Positions 56,727-64,000 of a DNA stretch of 64,000 nucleotides are shown in pieces (position 1 is the stretch's first letter; each line of letters opens with the position of its first letter). Position numbers and translations under genes: made by a program. This DNA comes from Trichomonas gallinae (lineage: Eukaryota), in NCBI GenBank assembly GCA_008369845.1, contig MRSU01004809.1, positions 1-64,000 on the forward strand, given 5' to 3'. The notes beneath the pieces are model-generated. The model saw only the letters and a list, made by a program, of their open reading frames with translations. It was not told where the DNA came from and searched no databases.

Positions 56727-59249
56727 TTACTCGTTTGTCTCAATGATTCTGACGAGGACGTCTTCGAGCTGTTCTACGGAGAATGAGTAGCCTTCTAAGC
56801 CGAGCTTCTCCTTGTTCTCATCGAGGAAGGAGAGGAGGTCTGGGATTTCGCCGGAAACTGGCATTGTGATGGAGTCATCTCTCTCTTCGAGCATCTGTGC
56901 CTCTGGGACGTACTTCTGGACGGCCTTGAGGATGTCTGGCATAACTTCTGGCTCGGAGTCGACCTTGAGGACGTAACCACATTTGAACTTTGATCTGAGT
57001 TCTGTAGATGTGCCGCTGAATGGCAATTTACCTCTTGAAACGACGAACATTCTTGAGGAAACAGCTTCAGCTTCTTCGAGTGCGTGCGTTGTGATGATGC
57101 AAGTAGAGTTCTTGAGGTTAGAGATTGACTTCCAAATCAACTGTCTGGCCTGGACATCGACACCTGCTGTTGGCTCATCCATCATGATGATTGGTGGGTT
57201 ACCGAGGAGTGCCATGGCAATGCAAAGCTTTCTCTTCTGACCACCTGAAAGATCGCCAGCTCTGTTTGGAAGCATTTCCTTAAGCTGCAAGTTGTCTGCA
57301 AAGAAGTCGATGGACTCCTGAAGTGTCTGCTCGTCGATACCACGGATTCTGCCGAAGATTTCTAAGTGTTCGCGGATGGATAGAAGTTTGAAGATGACGT
57401 TGTCTTGGAAAACGATACCAAGGCAGTTCTGGATACCTGTGAACTGCTGTGATGGGTCCTTGTCACCGAGAGCGAGTGTGCCGTGTGTTGATGGAATAGC
57501 GCCGGAAACGACGTTCAAGATGGAAGACTTACCAGCTCCGTTTGGACCGATCATGACGATGATTTCGCCCTTCTTGATATCGAATGAGATATCATCGACA
57601 GCATTGACACCCTTTGATGTGTAGCGCTTGACGAGGTGCTCAACCTTGAGGATTGACTCTTCGTCTCTGATGTTTTCGAGCTCGATTTCAGGAGCGACCT
57701 GGAGCTTGCACCTGAATAAATCGCGCCAGCGGATGAGTGGCGCACCGAAGCCTCTGTCGTTTGTAGCGTTGCACAAAAGGAACAAAAGACCCCAAATGAC
57801 GATATCCAATGAGAGCCACATGAATGCGTACCAGATTGGGTATCTCAAGTCGTCTCTAGAAACGTCGCCCCAACCTAAGGCTGGTCTGTTGACACGGACT
57901 TCTTCGTACAAGACAGAGATGACGAGCTCGTATGAGACGAATGGGATGAGTGAGAAGACATGCTTGACACCATCTGGAGCATCGAGTGTGTAAACTTCAT
58001 CCAAGTAACCGAAGAAGAGAATCAAGATGAGGAAGATGACAGTCAAGACTCTGCCTGTGCCTGCCTTTGTGAAGAATGTAGAGAAGAAGTTCTGGAACTG
58101 TGTGTATGAGAGGATGAAGAGGATGGAAAGGATCAAAAGCATGATGAAGTTTGTACCCTTCATACAGAGCCATGCGGAGAAGAGAATGTCCATGACTAAG
58201 TATGGAATGAAGCACATGACGAATGTGGAAACGATGTTGACGATCCAATAAGCTGGCTCACTGGCGCCCATCAAGAAGATGAATGTGAGCATGTGGGACT
58301 CCTTGTCGTTGAGGACCATGGAAAGATCTGGCATTGAGGCTAAAACCATTGGAATTGCTGCGAAGAAGGCAACGGCCATGTTAATTGGCATTTCGTTGGA
58401 AACTTTAGGTCTCATCATCTTTGCGGCTCTAATTTGTGGAGGATTGAAACCATCACTGCCAGTTGGAGACAAACTGAGTTGTTTGATTAAGGCATCTTTT
58501 TGTTCAGCTGGAATTTGTGTATTACTTTGAATCGTAGCATTAATCTGAGCATTAATTGCTGCATTAACTCCATTGACGGCTTTACCTGCTGCTTTAAATG
58601 CAGCTGCAGCAAGGGCATCAACGTTTCTGTTGAAAATCATGACAAGATTCTGGTTTTCAAATACATGAGCTGTGAAATTAGACCACCAAAGTGAGTCATT
58701 CCAGTTATCCCACCAGATACCATTGGAAAATGAGTCGTGGTGGTCGAAGTTTATCTTAACATCATCGTAATTTTTAACATATGTGAATTGGTCGGAAACG
58801 TTAACCGTTCTGATGATTGACTTATTTAGATCACCTGTTTCAGCATATTTCTTGAGGTCTAGGATAGGAAGAAGTTTGCTACCCCAAGTACTTGCAATAA
58901 TCGTATGTAACATTTCTGACTGTTCAGGTCCGGCGACGAAGTTACCACCACGGCCAAGCTCTAATAACTTCATGTATTGAGTGACTACGTTTTCGAAAAG
59001 GCCATCTGAGGACATAACTTCTGTTTTTTCTACCGGGTCCATAGGGTTATCAGCAACATTCCAGAAAACAATCAGAATGCAGATGATAACAGTTGCGATA
59101 ATCTCGGATACGATTGTACCGGCATCACGGAGCTTGCATAAGAAAGATCTCCTGAAAAGGGAATTTAATGTTCTAGTGAAGGAGGGATGGCGATCTGTCC
59201 AAAGGCCTCCTGGAGTGCTTGAAGCGGTGTTCGCTTTCTCTTGACTCAT
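56727..59249 (-). CDS. ABCA-subfamily half transporter (N-half/NBD1-like)
   Basis: TM1, large ectodomain, further TMs; GPNGAGKS, LSGGQKRKLCIA, MMDEPTAGVD, TTHALEEAE. Confidence 0.93.
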   Translation of the reverse strand: MSQEKANTASSTPGGLWTDRHPSFTRTLNSLFRRSFLCKLRDAGTIVSEIIATVIICILIVFWNVADNPMDPVEKTEVMSSDGLFENVVTQYMKLLELGRGGNFVAGPEQSEMLHTIIASTWGSKLLPILDLKKYAETGDLNKSIIRTVNVSDQFTYVKNYDDVKINFDHHDSFSNGIWWDNWNDSLWWSNFTAHVFENQNLVMIFNRNVDALAAAAFKAAGKAVNGVNAAINAQINATIQSNTQIPAEQKDALIKQLSLSPTGSDGFNPPQIRAAKMMRPKVSNEMPINMAVAFFAAIPMVLASMPDLSMVLNDKESHMLTFIFLMGASEPAYWIVNIVSTFVMCFIPYLVMDILFSAWLCMKGTNFIMLLILSILFILSYTQFQNFFSTFFTKAGTGRVLTVIFLILILFFGYLDEVYTLDAPDGVKHVFSLIPFVSYELVISVLYEEVRVNRPALGWGDVSRDDLRYPIWYAFMWLSLDIVIWGLLFLLCNATNDRGFGAPLIRWRDLFRCKLQVAPEIELENIRDEESILKVEHLVKRYTSKGVNAVDDISFDIKKGEIIVMIGPNGAGKSSILNVVSGAIPSTHGTLALGDKDPSQQFTGIQNCLGIVFQDNVIFKLLSIREHLEIFGRIRGIDEQTLQESIDFFADNLQLKEMLPNRAGDLSGGQKRKLCIAMALLGNPPIIMMDEPTAGVDVQARQLIWKSISNLKNSTCIITTHALEEAEAVSSRMFVVSRGKLPFSGTSTELRSKFKCGYVLKVDSEPEVMPDILKAVQKYVPEAQMLEERDDSITMPVSGEIPDLLSFLDENKEKLGLEGYSFSVEQLEDVLVRIIETNE

Positions 59250-59877
59250 TGTACTTAAAATGAAACTTGTCCGCTAATTCAAGAGAGTTCTTAGCATCCT
59301 CTCAATCCACCGATTAAATTGAATGATGTTCTGAATATTTTCTTAGTGGTATTGAAAAATTGTGAGAAGTGATCGCATTCCTTTTTTATGCTCAAAGCGA
59401 TCATTTTCTGATGCTTTGTTAACAAACAGTCTAAAAACCAATATTATAGCATAATACTAATGTTATGCTTTTTTAACAAAATTTTGAAAATTTTGTGCGA
59501 TATTATAAACAAACACAATAAATATAGCATAATAATGAAGTTTTGAAAATTTTTGAGAATTTTGAATTGATTTATGGGTATGTAGTATTAGAATCAATAT
59601 TAGAGAATAATTTAAAAGTTTTGCGTTATTGAAAAAAAAATTGAAAATTTTGCTTCTAAAAATTTTATTGTATACTGTTTGTAGATCAAAATTTAAATTA
59701 TTTTTGGAGAACGAAAGTTCGGAATTTTATTATTTTGTTAAAATCTCATGTCTATGAGATGTGTAGAGCATAATTATGAGGGAGATCCGGAATAAAATTT
59801 TATGTTTCAAAAATTGAGAGGACGATGCGATCAAAATTGAGAAATAAATCGGTCATTAGAATTTTATTATTTTTATT
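59250..59877. promoter_or_regulatory. divergent promoter region of the ABCA pair with mirrored motifs
   Basis: ATTGAGAGGA, ATGCGATCA and AATCGGT each occur upstream of both ATGs in the sense orientation. Confidence 0.55.
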
Positions 59878-62541
59878 ATGCCTGGAAATGACAATGTACA
59901 TACAGGTGATGACAGGAACGTCTCACCGCAGGTATCCCCACGTCAATCAAGCATTTCTCCGCGCTCATCACGCGTCCAGAGGAGAACGACCGACATCATG
60001 ACGGCCAACCCAGAGATGGATGAGAACGTGGAGAGGGAGAACGACGCTAAGTACCATCCAGCCGCTGCACAGTTCAAAGCTATGTTCTATAGGCGCTGGA
60101 TCGGTATAAAGCGTTCAATTGGATCTGTGATTGCCAACATTCTTGTTACCTTGGTCGTTTCATGTTTGGCTATCATCGTCAAAGTCCTTATGGATTCCTT
60201 AATCGCTGACCAAATTACTCCATACAATTTCAGTGCTTTCACAGTCAAGCCATATGACTTAGCAGTCGTTGCAAGTGGTATAGCAGACAACTTTACCAAC
60301 AAGACATTCCAGATCAAGTATATAAAGATCATTCAGGACCTGTTCAGAGAAGATATGGGATATGACGCAAATATGCATCTTTTCTCCAACATCGACGATT
60401 GCAACCAGTTCTTGTATGATTGCAAAGAGAACTCCACATTTGTCCCAATGGGTATCGTCCTTCCAGATACCTTCAACCCAGAAGGCAACAACAATTTAAC
60501 AATGCTCTGGAACGATACTGTCTCAATGAACGTCAACACACTCTTGTTCTCTAACAACTCACTTATCTCGTACTGCAACATCTACAGGATCGAGTACGCA
60601 ATGCTCACAACAGTTGTCAACCTCACAGAAGCCGCACTCGCTCTTCCACAGTACGCGCCAATGATCAAGCAATTCCAGCCAACTATCGAAGCTGTTTACA
60701 AGAACTATAGCCTCGACAGTCACTACAACTTCAACATCATCTACTCATTACTCGCAGGCCAGGGTAGAGATATCATTTTCTCTGTCGTCGCTCCTCTTTT
60801 GATTGCAGCTGGTTTGACAAGCATCATAACAACAGTTATCACTGTCCCAATCACAGATATTCAAGGCCCAATTCGTGCTTACATGGTTTCCTGCAATCTT
60901 GAGATTCTCCCATATTGGGTTGTCACATTCTTGTTCGATTTCATCATCTGGATCATCGAAGTCACACTTGTTTGGGCTCTTTTCGTCGCCTGCGACATCC
61001 CTGTCTTCAGGAAGAACCTCGGCCCATCTTATTACATTTTGTTCATCTGCGGTCCAGCTATGATCCTTTACATTTACGCAATCTCATTCCTCTTCTCCAA
61101 CGCAGATTCTGCTTCAAGAAACGCTTTCATCTGCAACATTATCTTGCTTATCATCCCAATCATTGTCACACTCGTCACACTGGACTTCAACGATCCACTC
61201 GGCTCCATCCAGAAGACGAACTGGTGCGGTTGGATCTACGGCTTATTCCCTCCACTTCTCCTTGAAGGTTACATGCAGCAGGTCTTCATCACATATAACT
61301 ACAACACAGAAGGCCTCAAGTACTACTTCAAGAACGAATCTTCCGCACAGCCATACTCCATCTACGCATTCACAGACATTGTTCTCTATGTTATCATCAT
61401 CACACTCATCGAAAGATGGAGACTTTACATACAGAGAAAGGCCGCTAAGTCCAACTTCGGTGACTACCACGAATTCTTCGAGGAGCAGAAGAAGAAGCAC
61501 CCAGTCACACAGGAAGCTCACGATATGGAAAAGGAAGTCGAGGAAGCTTCAGGCGAAGACTACGCTGTCAGAATTCACAACGTCTCCAGACTTTTCTTCA
61601 ACACAGAAGGCAAGCCAATTCCAGCTGTCAACTGCGTCTCTCTCGGTGTCAAGAAAGGCTCTTTGTTCGGCTTCCTTGGTGCTAACGGTGCAGGTAAGAC
61701 AACATTAATCAACATGATCACATCACTTCTTCCACCATCTGACGGAACAATTGAGATCAACGGCAAGGATATTATGACAGACAACGATCCATCTTTGCTC
61801 GCTGTCTGCCCACAGTTCAACACACACCTTTGCATGGATATGACAATCTCAGAGCACTTCCACTTCTACTCTTTGTTACACAAGATGAGCCCAGATCACG
61901 AGAAGAGAAACTCACAGAGACTTCTTTCTCTCCTTGACTTGGAAGAACTCAAGGACATCCCAATCAGAGAGTTGTCTGAAGGTGACCAGAGAAAGCTTGC
62001 TATTGCTCTTTCCTTCCTCGGCAGAGCCAAGATCATCCTTCTCGATGAGCCAACAGCCACACTCGATCCAGTCTCAAGAAGACAAGTCCACGAAATGATT
62101 CTCTACTACAAGGGCCAGAAGACATTCATGCTTTGCACACACTTGTTGTCTGAAGCTGAAGCTCTCTGCGACAACATCTCTATCATGATCAAGGGTAACG
62201 TTTACACTGTTGGTTCTCCCCAGTATCTTCAGTCCAAGTTCGGCACAGACTTCAAGATTGATATGCAGTTGAAGGATGAATCAGAAGAGACAGCACAGAA
62301 GGTAGATAAGTTCTTCACAGAAAACATCCCGCAGGCACAGATCTCCATCAAGCGTCCAATCGCTAGAATATACAACGTTCTCGCTTCCTCCATCAACTTG
62401 GGTAATTTGTTCAAGAAGATGGAGTCAGGAAAGAAAGGCGACAACGGCTTCCTTTATTACACTTGCTCTTCTTCTTCACTCGAAAAGGTGTTCATGGAAA
62501 TTGTTAGAATATCTGAGGGCGATGAGGGTACTATCATGTAA
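59878..62541 (+). CDS. ABCA-subfamily half transporter (C-half/NBD2-like, degenerate signature)
   Basis: PAVNCVSLGV, FGFLGANGAGKTT, CPQFN, LSEGDQRK, LLDEPT, THLLSEAEALC, SSLEKVF. Confidence 0.93.
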   Translation: MPGNDNVHTGDDRNVSPQVSPRQSSISPRSSRVQRRTTDIMTANPEMDENVERENDAKYHPAAAQFKAMFYRRWIGIKRSIGSVIANILVTLVVSCLAIIVKVLMDSLIADQITPYNFSAFTVKPYDLAVVASGIADNFTNKTFQIKYIKIIQDLFREDMGYDANMHLFSNIDDCNQFLYDCKENSTFVPMGIVLPDTFNPEGNNNLTMLWNDTVSMNVNTLLFSNNSLISYCNIYRIEYAMLTTVVNLTEAALALPQYAPMIKQFQPTIEAVYKNYSLDSHYNFNIIYSLLAGQGRDIIFSVVAPLLIAAGLTSIITTVITVPITDIQGPIRAYMVSCNLEILPYWVVTFLFDFIIWIIEVTLVWALFVACDIPVFRKNLGPSYYILFICGPAMILYIYAISFLFSNADSASRNAFICNIILLIIPIIVTLVTLDFNDPLGSIQKTNWCGWIYGLFPPLLLEGYMQQVFITYNYNTEGLKYYFKNESSAQPYSIYAFTDIVLYVIIITLIERWRLYIQRKAAKSNFGDYHEFFEEQKKKHPVTQEAHDMEKEVEEASGEDYAVRIHNVSRLFFNTEGKPIPAVNCVSLGVKKGSLFGFLGANGAGKTTLINMITSLLPPSDGTIEINGKDIMTDNDPSLLAVCPQFNTHLCMDMTISEHFHFYSLLHKMSPDHEKRNSQRLLSLLDLEELKDIPIRELSEGDQRKLAIALSFLGRAKIILLDEPTATLDPVSRRQVHEMILYYKGQKTFMLCTHLLSEAEALCDNISIMIKGNVYTVGSPQYLQSKFGTDFKIDMQLKDESEETAQKVDKFFTENIPQAQISIKRPIARIYNVLASSINLGNLFKKMESGKKGDNGFLYYTCSSSSLEKVFMEIVRISEGDEGTIM

Positions 62542-63354
62542 TTTCGATAAAACTATCTATTATATATTTTATTAATTCAATCTTAGTTTTTTTTTTTTTT
62601 TTATTTACTTTTATGGTGAAATCACTCCATTATACTTGGCGCTATAAAGGCAAAATTAATTAAAATATATTTGGGATATTTAGGAATTCATCAAAACAAT
62701 GTTTATTTCATTTGCTCATTGAGGAAATAACAAAAATGGTGTTTATTGATGGTTAACGCTTCTATATTTCAAAAAAATGGCTTCAAGTTCTTAAGAAATA
62801 TATCGGCTAATGCATTCATATGTTTTTTCGTATTTTCTTTAAGTTATTTCTACATTTTATTGGAACATTCAGATGATATATATTCATGAAATGACACTGA
62901 TAAAGATGAGTATGCGCAAATATGGCGAATAAGCTTAACATTGATGCAAATATTATCCATAGAAAAAAAAAAGAATAATTCGAAACAAATGTAATATCGA
63001 CATGTCAATGATTATGTAATTATTCTACAATCAAAAATATGTGATGCATCTATTGATAAATAAAATCAGTTGCAATTTCCACATAGTGTTGTGATGCAGA
63101 TCTGATCTCGAAATAAATATAATAAATTTTGATATAATTATCAACTTTATAAACAATAAAACAATACAATGTATAATATATTAACATGCAGGAAAATCCA
63201 AATATCATGTTTGAAATTTCCCTTTATAAACAAATCATCATGGATAAAATCTTCTATGCTTACATAATATTTGAGCATCCTTCTATTAACTATATCTATT
63301 TTTTTCTAACCTCAGCGACGCTTCTGACAAATGTCAGACAAGGGTTGTATTTAC

Positions 63355-63385
63355 GTGTCAAATTTGTCGCGACAAAATATGACAC
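63355..63385. repeat. 31-bp near-perfect palindrome
   Basis: GTGTCAAATTTGTCGCGACAAAATATGACAC, with a perfect 14-bp core at 63363-63376. Confidence 0.85.
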
Positions 63386-63410
63386 TTTACATGTCACCGC
63401 AAAAATAAAC

Positions 63411-64000
63411 TTACGTAATAATGCATTCTTCTCTAGCCTTGATCATATCATTTACTGCAATATCTGAATTGTTACATTTAATCTCTCGTTCTAATGTCCG
63501 AAGATAAGTGAAACGGACAGAATTTGTTTTAAAAGCCTCATCAAAAGTCAACGAGTAGTCATCAAAATCGTCAATATGTTGCTTGATATAGTTCATGTCT
63601 AAAAACGGAGTGTATTTCTCTGTTGATGCATATTTGCCCTTATTGATTGCGCTGAGTATATTTGATAAATGAGAAAAGAACTCTTCCTTTTTAATTTCTA
63701 TCTTATAGACTTCGTAAAATGATTTTTCTGAAATCTTGTAATATATCATAAATATATCTAAATAGTAAGTATTAGAAACTGCTAATTCGATTGTGCAAGT
63801 TGACAGAACGATTATTCCCGTCCTTTTCTTCATGAAAATAGTGTTTGCGCAACTTGATCCTTGTGGAGTTACCAACACTTTTGATGATGCGATAATTTTC
63901 GCGAATTCTATGATGTCTGTGATTGAAGTGTTCACCTGGTTCCATATATATTCTGGATATATATTTTTTCCTTCTTCTATTATATCACTTAAGTTAACAA
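63411..64000 (-). CDS. 3' part of a GT61/DUF563-like glycosyltransferase (start lies beyond the window)
   Basis: Frame open to the window edge; YPEYIW, EFAKIIASSKVLVTPQGSSCANTIFM paralogous to 1474 and 13586. Confidence 0.7.
   Translation of the reverse strand, partial: VNLSDIIEEGKNIYPEYIWNQVNTSITDIIEFAKIIASSKVLVTPQGSSCANTIFMKKRTGIIVLSTCTIELAVSNTYYLDIFMIYYKISEKSFYEVYKIEIKKEEFFSHLSNILSAINKGKYASTEKYTPFLDMNYIKQHIDDFDDYSLTFDEAFKTNSVRFTYLRTLEREIKCNNSDIAVNDMIKAREECIIT

Noticed and set aside
56795..62444. Many short overlapping ORFs within the ABCA genes
   Set aside because: Explained by strong codon bias that depletes stop codons in other frames.

Overview
AT-rich eukaryotic DNA with compact, almost intronless genes, most consistent with a trichomonad (Trichomonas-like parabasalid). 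This rests on very short 5' leaders with TCA(C/T)T initiator-like motifs, AAAGTGAC motifs near start codons, many small two-repeat Myb genes, half-size ABCA genes and a 26-nt intron. About 30 genes are present: five Myb factors, an E2F/DP factor, two kinases, a gamma-adaptin, a WW-MyTH4-RhoGAP, a Rab, a FLCN/SMCR8-like DENN protein, a 1476-aa ankyrin protein, a saposin-like protein, an amino-acid permease, three GT61/DUF563-like glycosyltransferases and a Campylobacter CgtA-like glycosyltransferase. Highlights: (1) a hidden 26-nt spliceosomal intron that joins two ORFs into an ML/NPC2-like lipid-binding protein; (2) a head-to-head pair of ABCA half genes matching the N- and C-halves of one full ABCA transporter, with mirrored promoter motifs; (3) two paralogues of an uncharacterised small basic protein family with an eh1-like C-terminal motif also seen in the E2F; (4) a doubly disrupted bacterial-type alpha/beta hydrolase; (5) recurrent TGTCA/TGACA palindromes between genes. 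All product calls come from motif recognition by eye; no database searches were run.
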